Assembly (NCBI GenBank): GCA_016872555.1
Contig: VGZO01000004.1
Location: 76,725 to 140,724, forward strand
DNA from: Planctomycetota bacterium
GTDB lineage: Bacteria > Planctomycetota > Planctomycetia > Pirellulales > UBA1268
Direction of reading: 5' to 3'
DNA: 64,000 bases
Shown here: piece after piece, positions 27,824 through 36,813 of the stretch
Position numbering within the stretch: position 1 is the first letter of the stretch
Layout of the letters: every line of letters starts with the position of its first letter
Notes under the pieces: generated by a model
What the model saw: only the letters and a program-made list of their open reading frames with translations
Told to the model about the DNA's origin: nothing
Databases searched by the model: none
Position numbers and translations under genes: made by a program

Positions 27824-29233
27824 TCACCCGGCGAGGAGCGGGTGCGGCACCCCCTCGTTGAGCGTGGGTCGCTCGGGGCGCCCCTGCGCCATCCACACCA
27901 GCCGGCGATGATCGAGGCCGAGGATCCGCAGGATCGTCGCGTGGAGGTCGTGGACGTGCATCCGGTCCTCGACGGCGTGGAGGCCGAGCTCGTCGGTGGC
28001 ACCGATCGTGACCCCACCGGGCACGCCGCCGCCGGCCATCCACATCGTGAATCCGGACGGGTTGTGGTCGCGGCCATTCCCTTTCTCGCTCATCGGCGTC
28101 CGCCCGAATTCGCCCCCCCAGACGACGAGCGTCGAGTCGAGCAGCCCGCGCTGGCGGAGGTCGGCGAGCAACCCGGCGATCGGCCGGTCGACCTTGCGGC
28201 ACAGCTCGCCATGGTTCTTCTCGATCCCCGAATGGGCGTCCCATTTGCTGCCCGCGCCGTGGTACAGCTGCACGAACCGCACGCCGCGCTCCACGAGCCG
28301 CCGGGCGAGCAGGCAGGTGCGGCCGAACGGCGCGGTGACGTCGTCGTCGAGGCCGTAGAGGCGGTGGGTGGCGGCGGTCTCCGCGGCGAGATCGACGGCC
28401 GCCGGCGCCGCGGCCTGCATCCGGTGGGCCAACTCGTAGGTCCGGAGCCGGGCCGCGAGTTCGCTGTGGTCCGGAAAGGCCGCGGCCGCCCGGCCGTTGA
28501 TCCGTCCGAGGAGGTCGAGCTTCCCCTCCTGGCGCTCCGCGAACAGACCGCGCGGCGCCGAGAGGTTGGGGATCGGCGGCGTGCCGCCGACGCGTGTTCC
28601 CTGGTAGACGGCCGGCATGAAGCCGGCGCCCCAGTTCCGCGGGCCGTTCACCACCTGCCCGTCGCTGTCCTGCATCACCACGAATGCCGGCAGGTCGGCG
28701 TTCTCGGTGCCGAGGCCGTACACGCACCATGCGCCGAGGCTCGGCCGGCCGCCGAGGACGGCGCCGGTGTTCATCTGGCAGACTCCGCCGGAATGGTTGA
28801 TGCCGTCGGCGACGCAGGAGCGGATGATCGCCAACTCGTCGACATGTCCGGCGACGTGCGGCATCCAGTCGCTGACCCAGGCCCCGCACCGGCCGTGGCG
28901 CCGCCAGACGCGCTTGTCGGCGAGGAGCGGCGACTGGCTCTCCCCCATCGCCGTGATCGGCGGTGCGAAGCTCGCCGGGATCCGCTCCCCGGCCAGATCG
29001 CGGAGCAGCGGCTTGGGGTCGAACAGGTCGAGGTGGCTCGGTCCCCCTTCCATGAACAGGAAGATCACGCTCCGTGCCCGCGCCGGATGATGCGGCAGGC
29101 GCGCGCCGAGTGGATCGTCGGCCTCCGCGTCGAGCGCCGCCAGCGCCGTCAGGCCGAAGCCGCAGCCCGCGGTCCGCAGCCAGTGGCGGCGGCCGCTGGG
29201 GGACGGTCCGATCGGTTCGCCGTCATTCGACAT
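27824..29233 (-). CDS. DUF1501 family protein, TAT signal
   Basis: Starts MSNDGEPIG at 29233, with an 11-nt overlap with the upstream PSCyt gene. RRHWLRTAGCGFG, EGGPSHLDLFDPKP, GGEFGRTP...GRDHNPSGF. Confidence 0.9.
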   Translation of the reverse strand: MSNDGEPIGPSPSGRRHWLRTAGCGFGLTALAALDAEADDPLGARLPHHPARARSVIFLFMEGGPSHLDLFDPKPLLRDLAGERIPASFAPPITAMGESQSPLLADKRVWRRHGRCGAWVSDWMPHVAGHVDELAIIRSCVADGINHSGGVCQMNTGAVLGGRPSLGAWCVYGLGTENADLPAFVVMQDSDGQVVNGPRNWGAGFMPAVYQGTRVGGTPPIPNLSAPRGLFAERQEGKLDLLGRINGRAAAAFPDHSELAARLRTYELAHRMQAAAPAAVDLAAETAATHRLYGLDDDVTAPFGRTCLLARRLVERGVRFVQLYHGAGSKWDAHSGIEKNHGELCRKVDRPIAGLLADLRQRGLLDSTLVVWGGEFGRTPMSEKGNGRDHNPSGFTMWMAGGGVPGGVTIGATDELGLHAVEDRMHVHDLHATILRILGLDHRRLVWMAQGRPERPTLNEGVPHPLLAG

Positions 29234-32200
29234 ACAGGAAGTCGCTCGACGAGAGGAGGACGTGGCACAGATCGACGAGGGCCTCGTAGCGCGGGACGTC
29301 GGCCACCGGTGGCCGGCGGACGCCGGGGCGCTCGAGCGCCCGTTCCTGCCCGGAGGCATCGGCGAAGAACCCGGGGCGCTCCTCGAACGTCCAGTGCCCC
29401 ACGACGCCGGGCACCGGCTCGGGGAGGAACTGCTCCCGCCCGAGCGCCGCGGCGGTGAGCCGGACGTCGTCGATCAGCCCCGCCCAGGGGGCGCCGGCGG
29501 TGCCGTCGCGCCCACCGATCGTGAACGGTGCCGTGCCGGTGAACGGCCCGGGCGCGGCGAGCGGCATCCGGCGCTCGACCGGCGCGGCATCGTTGTCGGA
29601 AAGGTCGAGGACGAAAAACAGCGCCTCGCCGGGGCCGCCCACGGCGGGGCGCACGCTGACGGCGATCGCGTAGGGGCGCTGCACCTCGAGGCGGATCTCG
29701 GGAGCGACCGTCTCCACGGCGCCGGTCCCGCCCGCCAGGTGGAGGACGAGCGACTGCGGCGCGAGCCGGCCCGTCGATCCGCTCACGCCCAGCGCCCACC
29801 CGCGCTCCTTGGCGTTGCCGTTCCAGGCGGCGGCGATCGTGCGCGGGGTGGCATCGCCGGCCACCGACTCGAGGAGCACCGCGGCCTCGAGCGTGAAGCC
29901 GTCGGGCGACGTCGCCGGGGCGGCTCCCGGCAGCGCCAGCACCGGCGCCTCCCCGGCGGGATCGAAGACCGCGGCGAGGCCATCGCGCTGCGGCATCCGC
30001 CGCGTGAATCCGGCCAGCTGCGTCGACGCATCGGCATCGAGCAGCCGCTGCTGGGCGGCGAGGAACGCCGCCGCCTCCGCGACCGCGGCCGCCGGCGGCT
30101 CGCGTCCGGTGGCGCGCCGCAGGGCGGCGGCGGCGCGGTCGGCGTCGGCGCCCGGCCCGGCGGCCGAGTCGCGCTCGATCGCCAGCGCCAGCGCCCGGGC
30201 GCGGGCGAGGAGCCATTCGCCGTTGACGAGGAACAGGGCCTGCGTCGCGGTCGTGGTGGCCTCGCGCCGCGCGCAGCTGGCGTAGCCGTCGGGGGCGTCG
30301 AACGCCTCGCCGAGAGCGTCGCGCGTGTTGCGGAACGCGGTCACGTAGAGGCTGCGGCGCGGCGCCGTCGGCGGCACGCTCGGGCCGCCGACCGTCGGTT
30401 CGAGCTCGCCCGACACGGCGAGGGCCGCGTCGCGGACCTGGTCGGCGTCGAGCCGGCGGCAATCCTGGCGCCACCAGAGGCGGTTGTCGGGGTCGACGGC
30501 ACGGCCACGGGCGACGGCCGGATCGTCGGCAGCGAGGCGCGAGGTGCGGCGGTAGGCGGCGCTGGTGAGGATCAGGCGTTCGAGCCGGGCGACGTCCCAG
30601 CCCGATTCGACGAGTTCGACCGCGAGCCAATCGAGCAGCTCGGGATGGTCGGGAGCGCCGCCGAGACGGCCGAAGTCGCTGGCATTGGCAGCGAGCCCGC
30701 GGCCGAAGTGCCACTGCCAGACGCGGTTGGCGACGACGCGCGGCGTGAGCGGATTGGCCGCCGAGGTCAGCCACTCCGCCAGCGCCCGGCGCCGACCGGT
30801 CGACCCGCGCCTGCCCGGCGCGGCGGTGATCGGCTCGATCGTCGCGCCCGTGCCGCCGAGGACCGCGGGCACGCCCGGCTCGACCGGGCCCCCGCCGGGA
30901 ATCCGCGTCGGCGGAGCGCGGGGGCCGACGTCACCGGCGACCGCAGCCAGCGCCGGCGCCGGCGGCTTGTCGGCGGCGTGCTCCTTCTCGAACGCGGCCA
31001 ATTCCTCCGTGAGCCACTGGTGCCAGCGCTGGTCCTCACCCCCGAGCCCGGGCGGCGTGAACTTCAACTGCCGGGAGGCGAGGCGCACGATCTGCTCCTC
31101 CCAGGGCGCGCGGCGCTGCGGCTCGCGGAGGATCATCTCCTGCGTCGATTCAGGGAAGCGCGACAGGGGCAGTTGGCCGGCCCACGCCGCCGGGAACCGC
31201 GCGCCCTCCTCGATGGTCGCCAGCCTCGCACGGTACTCGGCCACCCGGGCCGCGTAGGCCTGCTGCGCCGCGGTCAACGCCGGCGTGCCCGGAGGATCGA
31301 CGACGGCATCGTCGCGCCAGTCGAGCGCGGCGAAGAACGCCTGGAGGCGGTAGTAGTCGGCCTGCGGAACGGGATCGAACTTGTGGTCGTGGCAGCGGGC
31401 GCAGCCCATCCCCGTCGCCAGGAAGACGTCGCCGGCGACGTCTGTGACCTCGGTGAGGATCGCCGTCCATTGGCCGACGGCGTCCACCTGGTTGTATTCG
31501 TACGGGGTCTGCCGGAGGAAGCCGGTCGCGACCAGGGCGGCCGGATCCTGCGGCGCGATCTCGTCGCCGGCGATCTGCCACTGCAAGAACCGGTCGAACG
31601 GCATGTTGGCCGCGAACGCACCGACGACGAAGTCGCGGTAGCGCCAGACGGTGGGCCGGAAGGCATCCTGCCGGTACCCGTCACTCTCGGCGTAGCGCGC
31701 CAGGTCGAGCCAATGCCGCGCCATCCGCTCGCCGCGGCGCGGATCGGCGAGGAGCCGATCGACGAGCCGCTCGGAGGCGTCGGGAGCCGGATCGGCGGCG
31801 AAGGCCGCGGTCTCGACCGGTGTCGGAGGCACGCCGAGGAGGTCGAACGACAACCGCCGCACGAGCACGTCGGGCGCGGCCGGGCCGACCGGCACGAGCC
31901 CCGCGCCGGCGAGCGCGGCGTCGATGAACCGGTCGACCGGATGGTCGGTGGTGGCAGCGGTGGTCGGAGGCGGTAGCGGCGGACGCACGAGAGGGCGGTA
32001 GGCCCAGTGAGCGCGGTCGGCGGCCGTGATGCCGTCGCGCCACGAGCGCGGGCGCGGTCCCGCCGCGACGTCGTCCGCGGGGAGCCCGGCGGCGATCAGT
32101 TCGGCCGCCGGCGCGGTGCCCGTCCAGGGGGCCCCGGCAGCGATCCAGCTTTCGAGCGCGGCGATCTCCCCGTCTGCCAGCCGCCCGTCGGGGGGCATCG

Positions 32201-32534
32201 CGAGGCCGTCGTGGCGGACCGCCGCCACGAGCAAGCTCGCCGCCGGCTCGCCGGCGACGATCGCCGGCCCGGAATCCCCCCCACGGAGCAGGCCGACGAG
32301 CCCGTCGACGCGCAAGCCCCCCTTCTGTTCGCGTTCGCCGTGGCAGCGCTGGCAGCGCGCGACCAACAGCGGACGGACGTGGGCTTCGAAGTGCGAGAGC
32401 GCCGCGGCGGAGGTTCCCCCCGGAGGCGGCTCCGCGGCCGCGCCCGAGACAGCGACCACCAGCCCCGCCCAGCAGGCCGCGACCAGCGTCCAACTCGGCA
32501 CATGACCGGCACGGGGGCGGGCGGTTCGGACCAC
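29223..32534 (-). CDS. PSCyt1/PSCyt2(DUF1549)/PSD1(DUF1553) protein with LamG-like insertion
   Basis: Probable GVG start at 32534 giving a signal peptide. CQRCHG, RRLSFDLLGVPPTP, GCARCHDHKFDP. LamG-like block (FTLEAAV...GLIDDVRL). Tail LLSSSDFLYVE. Confidence 0.85.
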   Translation of the reverse strand: MVRTARPRAGHVPSWTLVAACWAGLVVAVSGAAAEPPPGGTSAAALSHFEAHVRPLLVARCQRCHGEREQKGGLRVDGLVGLLRGGDSGPAIVAGEPAASLLVAAVRHDGLAMPPDGRLADGEIAALESWIAAGAPWTGTAPAAELIAAGLPADDVAAGPRPRSWRDGITAADRAHWAYRPLVRPPLPPPTTAATTDHPVDRFIDAALAGAGLVPVGPAAPDVLVRRLSFDLLGVPPTPVETAAFAADPAPDASERLVDRLLADPRRGERMARHWLDLARYAESDGYRQDAFRPTVWRYRDFVVGAFAANMPFDRFLQWQIAGDEIAPQDPAALVATGFLRQTPYEYNQVDAVGQWTAILTEVTDVAGDVFLATGMGCARCHDHKFDPVPQADYYRLQAFFAALDWRDDAVVDPPGTPALTAAQQAYAARVAEYRARLATIEEGARFPAAWAGQLPLSRFPESTQEMILREPQRRAPWEEQIVRLASRQLKFTPPGLGGEDQRWHQWLTEELAAFEKEHAADKPPAPALAAVAGDVGPRAPPTRIPGGGPVEPGVPAVLGGTGATIEPITAAPGRRGSTGRRRALAEWLTSAANPLTPRVVANRVWQWHFGRGLAANASDFGRLGGAPDHPELLDWLAVELVESGWDVARLERLILTSAAYRRTSRLAADDPAVARGRAVDPDNRLWWRQDCRRLDADQVRDAALAVSGELEPTVGGPSVPPTAPRRSLYVTAFRNTRDALGEAFDAPDGYASCARREATTTATQALFLVNGEWLLARARALALAIERDSAAGPGADADRAAAALRRATGREPPAAAVAEAAAFLAAQQRLLDADASTQLAGFTRRMPQRDGLAAVFDPAGEAPVLALPGAAPATSPDGFTLEAAVLLESVAGDATPRTIAAAWNGNAKERGWALGVSGSTGRLAPQSLVLHLAGGTGAVETVAPEIRLEVQRPYAIAVSVRPAVGGPGEALFFVLDLSDNDAAPVERRMPLAAPGPFTGTAPFTIGGRDGTAGAPWAGLIDDVRLTAAALGREQFLPEPVPGVVGHWTFEERPGFFADASGQERALERPGVRRPPVADVPRYEALVDLCHVLLSSSDFLYVE

Positions 32535-32679
32535 GGCAAAGTCCTGTGGGGAATTACCTATTTTGGCCCGCGGGCCCCCGGCCGGCAATTTGACCTGCGG
32601 CGTCGGCCGCGGCGACAACGTCGGCCGCCGGCGTGCCATCGCGCCGCTCCCGCTTCCACCCCATTCCAGGGCCGTCGCC

Positions 32680-33780
32680 ATGAGCTGCCTGCCGGTCATC
32701 CGAGTCGTCGGTCTCGCCCTGCTCCTCCTCCCTGCGGCGGCACCGGGGATCGAGGTCGTCGTCGGAGCGCCCGGCGGCCGCCATGGCCGGCAGCCCGATC
32801 CCGCCCTGGTCAACGAACCGTTCGCCGTCGCGTTCGACGCCGCCGGACGGCTCCACGGGGTCGAGTTCATGCGTGGCAACCGGCTGTTCCGCATACCGGC
32901 CGGGGGCGGGGCCCCGGAGTTCCTCGCCGGCACGTTCCACGTCACCGACACCAAGCAGCCGCCGTTTTCAGTCACCGCCGGCCCCGGAGCCGACCAGCGA
33001 TTCCATGGCCTCCACGATCTGGCGATCGGTCGCGACGGCGCCGTCTACCTGGCCGACACGTTCAACCACGTGATCCGTGCGTTCGACCCGGCGTCGGGCA
33101 CGGTACGGGTGCTCGCCGGCACCGGCGCGGCGGGCTCCGGCGGCGACGGGGGACCGGCGACGGCGGCCGCGTTCAACCAGCCCTACTGCTGCGCCCTGGA
33201 GCCAGACGGCCGTGGACTGCTCGTCTGCGACATCCGCAACGCGCGCCTCCGCCGGATCGACCTCGCCGCCGGCACGGTGACGACGGTGGCCGGAAACGGC
33301 ACCGCGGGGCGCCCGCTCGACGGCGCGGTCGCGACCGAATCACCGCTGGCCGGTCCGCGGGCCGCCTGCCGGGCTCCCGACGGCACGATCTACCTGGCGC
33401 TGCGCGAGGGCAACGCGCTGGTGGCGATCCGCGACGGCCGGCTGCGGACGGTGGTCAACGCCGCCGGCCGGGCGGGCTACGGGGGCGACGGCGGCCCGGC
33501 GGCCGACGCCCTCCTCGCCGGGCCAAAGTACGTGGCGCTCGACGGCGCCGGCCGCGTGCTCGTGGTCGACACCGAGAACCATTGCATCCGGCGGTTCGAT
33601 CCGCAGGCCGGCACGATCACGACGGTGGCCGGCGTGCCGACGCAGGCGGGCACTGCCGTCGGCGCCGACTGGCGCTCGACGCAGCTCGACCGCCCGCACG
33701 GTGCCGCGATCGACCCGCAGGGCAGGCTGGTCGTGGTCGACAGCGAGAACGACCGGATCCTCGCCGGCCCGGCCGACTGA
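32680..33780 (+). CDS. NHL-repeat beta-propeller protein, secreted
   Basis: Signal peptide MSCLPVIRVVGLALLLL. Repeated G.G.AG..GDGGPA..A.L..P motifs. Confidence 0.8.
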   Translation: MSCLPVIRVVGLALLLLPAAAPGIEVVVGAPGGRHGRQPDPALVNEPFAVAFDAAGRLHGVEFMRGNRLFRIPAGGGAPEFLAGTFHVTDTKQPPFSVTAGPGADQRFHGLHDLAIGRDGAVYLADTFNHVIRAFDPASGTVRVLAGTGAAGSGGDGGPATAAAFNQPYCCALEPDGRGLLVCDIRNARLRRIDLAAGTVTTVAGNGTAGRPLDGAVATESPLAGPRAACRAPDGTIYLALREGNALVAIRDGRLRTVVNAAGRAGYGGDGGPAADALLAGPKYVALDGAGRVLVVDTENHCIRRFDPQAGTITTVAGVPTQAGTAVGADWRSTQLDRPHGAAIDPQGRLVVVDSENDRILAGPAD

Positions 33781-33792
33781 CCGGGTCGCGGC

Positions 33793-35973
33793 TCAGTCGC
33801 CCGGGCCGCGCCCCGCCAACGCCTCGAGGATCCCCTGGGCGTACAGCCGGTGCCCGTGGTCGTTGGGGTGGTTGAGGCCATTGCCGGTGAGATCGAACGT
33901 CTCCTTGGAACGCAGGTGCTCCTCCCACACCGTTGTCATGTCGACCAGCGCCACGCCCGGCGCGACGAGCGAGCGCAGCTCGTCGCGGTAGCGCGGGAAC
34001 ATCTCGCGCGGCGTGTGGACCCACTCGTCGTTGCCGAGCATCGAGGCGACGAGAAGAACCTCGCAATCGGGGAGCCGCTCCCGGCAGCGGGCGACGAGGG
34101 CCGTGGTTTGCCCGCGGAACCAGTCCGGGTCGCGGCGGCCGACGTCGTTCATGCCGTAGGCCACGATCACCAGGTCGGGGCGTGCGTCGAGCAGCGCGTC
34201 GGCGTCGGCGACACCGTTGGCCACGCTCCAACCGGCCACCGCGCGGTTGACGAGCGTCACGTCGGCGGCGGCGTGGACCCGCAGCCAGGCGACGACCAGA
34301 TCGGCCCACCCGGGCTGCAACGGCGCCGTCGCCGTCGTTGCCGACGCGTCGAGGCCGGTGGCGATGCTGTCGCCGCTGACGGCGACCACGAGACCGCCGG
34401 CGGTGCCGAGCCGGGCACGGGTCCGCGGCAGGTGGCCATGGACAACGTCGGGCGCCGGCCCCGGCACGCGCCGGTAGGTGATCTCGACGTCGCGGTCGTG
34501 AAACCAGCGACCGGGCCGGTAGAGGAGGTTGATGTCGGGTTGGCCGGTGCGGTGGCGGTACGAGTGTTCGGCTCCGGCGGGCAGGTAGCGGTCGGCATCG
34601 AGGATCGGCGGCACGGGCAGGGGCGCGTGGAACCGGATCTCGGTGCTCCCCGCGACGTGCGTGAACCCTCCCGGCGCGACGATCGGGGTTCCCTCGTGCG
34701 CCGTCGTCACGGCGACGATCCGCTCGGCCGGATAGGCCAGCCGCGCGCGAGCCTCCGTGCCTGCCGCCACCCCCCGCAGCACGCTGCTCTCGCGGCTGAC
34801 AACCACCGACGCCCAGGGGGGCGCACGCAGATCGAGGTCGGGAAGCAGCCACGACGCGGCTTCGATCCCCTTCGGGGGGCGCTGGAGTCGCTCGGTGAGT
34901 ACGCCGGCCCAGAGCCGTGCGGCACCGCGCTGCCCGGGGCCGCTGAAATGCCGGCGCGAGCCCGGCCCACCGCGCATGTCGCCGCGCAGGGTGTCGGTGT
35001 CGGGGCCGGCACCGAACCCAGGGAGGACGGCGAGGCGATCGACCGCGGCACGGATCCGCGCTTCGCCGGGCGGATCGTCGTACACGGTCGGATGGTGGGT
35101 CGACATGGCGCACAGCCAGGGGGGCTCGAAGCCCCAGCCCCGGACCGCGGCCCCGCGGATCCGGCGCATGGCGGCGACGTAGTCGTCGGTCGAGGTCCCC
35201 TCGATGACATCCGATTCCCCCTGCTGCCAAAGCACCGCGCGGAACCGGCCCAGCTCCTTGCCGGCCGTCACGAGGCGCGAGTGGAGCTCCCCGCCGGGCT
35301 GCCAGCGCGCCGTCGACGTGCCAACCCAGGCCACGTTGCGAAACCCCACAGGAACCCCGAACGCGCGGACGATTTCGTCGCCAACCGCGGGCCAGATCGA
35401 ACCGCCGTCGCTGCCGTCGGGGGTCGGCTGGGGGTCGTCGGCAACGCACCACGATCCGTCGCCGCCGCACGCCGCCACGCGCCGCCGGGGATCGCCGACG
35501 ACGAGACGCTCGTCGTTGGTGTTGGTGGCACACGATTGACCGGCGACGAGCCACACCTCGCCGACCCCGAACGGCTCGACGGCCGCCGTCCGCGGCTCGC
35601 CCGGCGCGTCGTCGACCATCGCCTCGAGGCGATACCAGCCCCCGGCCGCGACTGCCACCCGGCCGCGCCGCGCGCCATCCGCCGTCGGCGCGTCGAGATC
35701 GACCCGGCTCCAGGCGACATCGGCCTCCGGATCGCTGCAGGGCACCGCACGGATCCGCGCGGAGGCGACACCGGGGGGCACGCCGTCGAGCACGAGCGTG
35801 ACGATCGCCGAGCCCCGCGACACCGGCTCGGCCGGCGTCGGGCCCGGGGTGAAACGAGTCCGCTGGACCACCTCGTGGGGGCGCGGCTCACGGATCGCCA
35901 GCCCCTCCGCCGCCGATCCGTGAGCCGCCGTGGCGGCCGTCAGGAGCAGCGCCCACCGGAACCGTGCCGCCAT
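33793..35973 (-). CDS. Dual esterase: sialate O-acetylesterase-like (SASA/DUF303) domain + SGNH/GDSL hydrolase domain
   Basis: GGGAGG RBS and signal peptide. SASA-like VWLVAGQSCATN and VLWQQGESDV. C-terminal SGNH blocks VVAVSGDSIATG, YGMNDV, NHPNDHGH. Confidence 0.7.
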   Translation of the reverse strand: MAARFRWALLLTAATAAHGSAAEGLAIREPRPHEVVQRTRFTPGPTPAEPVSRGSAIVTLVLDGVPPGVASARIRAVPCSDPEADVAWSRVDLDAPTADGARRGRVAVAAGGWYRLEAMVDDAPGEPRTAAVEPFGVGEVWLVAGQSCATNTNDERLVVGDPRRRVAACGGDGSWCVADDPQPTPDGSDGGSIWPAVGDEIVRAFGVPVGFRNVAWVGTSTARWQPGGELHSRLVTAGKELGRFRAVLWQQGESDVIEGTSTDDYVAAMRRIRGAAVRGWGFEPPWLCAMSTHHPTVYDDPPGEARIRAAVDRLAVLPGFGAGPDTDTLRGDMRGGPGSRRHFSGPGQRGAARLWAGVLTERLQRPPKGIEAASWLLPDLDLRAPPWASVVVSRESSVLRGVAAGTEARARLAYPAERIVAVTTAHEGTPIVAPGGFTHVAGSTEIRFHAPLPVPPILDADRYLPAGAEHSYRHRTGQPDINLLYRPGRWFHDRDVEITYRRVPGPAPDVVHGHLPRTRARLGTAGGLVVAVSGDSIATGLDASATTATAPLQPGWADLVVAWLRVHAAADVTLVNRAVAGWSVANGVADADALLDARPDLVIVAYGMNDVGRRDPDWFRGQTTALVARCRERLPDCEVLLVASMLGNDEWVHTPREMFPRYRDELRSLVAPGVALVDMTTVWEEHLRSKETFDLTGNGLNHPNDHGHRLYAQGILEALAGRGPGD

Positions 35974-36041
35974 CGTGCCTCCCGGCGGCGCTCGCCGCGG
36001 TCGTGAGCCGGCGCGGCGACGGCACCGGCCGGTCATCGGCG

Positions 36042-36707
36042 TCAGCCCTTGGCCAAGGGGCGGATGCGGATCTCGCGGAAGTGGACCTCGTCGCCGTGGC
36101 CGAGGAACCCGACGTGGCCGGTGGTCCGCTTCAGGCCGGAGTGCTCCTTGCCGTCGAGCGTCGCCTTGCCGTCACGGAACTCGGCGATGTCGGCGTCGAC
36201 GATCGTCTGGCCGTTGAGGACGACCTTGATCTTCGAGCCCTGGACGGTGACCTCCTGGCTGTTCCACTCACCGGTCGGCTTCAGGGCACCACGCTTCGCG
36301 GCGACCACGCCGTAGACCGAGCCGTGCGCCTGCCAGGGGGCGATCGTTTTGTACTTCTCGTGGCCGTCGTCGAGGATCTGCAGCTCCATGCCGACGAACG
36401 CGGCGTCACCATCGACGGGCGCCCGGATCCCGAGGCCGTTGTTGGCACCGGGTGTGAGCCGGAAGTCGAAGCGGAGGACGAAGTCGCCGTACTCCCCCGT
36501 GGTGAGGAGCTTGCCGCCGGCCCCCTTGCGGCAGCGGATCTCACCGTCGACCACCTCGTAGCCGTTCACGTCCCCCTGCCAGCCGGCGAGGCCCTTGCCG
36601 TCGAACAAGGGCGTGAACCCTTCCTCGGCGTGCGACGAGGTCGCGCCACACGCCACCACGACGATCAGCGCCGCAATCCATCGTCCGCCGGTCCGGGGGC
36701 TCGTCAT
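36042..36707 (-). CDS. DUF1080 (3-keto-disaccharide hydrolase family) protein
   Basis: GAGGAG RBS and signal peptide. GFTPLFDGKGLAGWQG...GDFVLRFDFR...NNGLGIR...HVGFLGHGDEVHFREIRI. Confidence 0.85.
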   Translation of the reverse strand: MTSPRTGGRWIAALIVVVACGATSSHAEEGFTPLFDGKGLAGWQGDVNGYEVVDGEIRCRKGAGGKLLTTGEYGDFVLRFDFRLTPGANNGLGIRAPVDGDAAFVGMELQILDDGHEKYKTIAPWQAHGSVYGVVAAKRGALKPTGEWNSQEVTVQGSKIKVVLNGQTIVDADIAEFRDGKATLDGKEHSGLKRTTGHVGFLGHGDEVHFREIRIRPLAKG

Positions 36708-36813
36708 CGCATGCTCCTCGGGGGATGAAACAGGCATGGTTTGTACCGCGCGTGCCGATGCGGTGCGACCGCCGCCCCCTCGGGCAACGACCGCACGACC
36801 CGCGGCACGGGTG

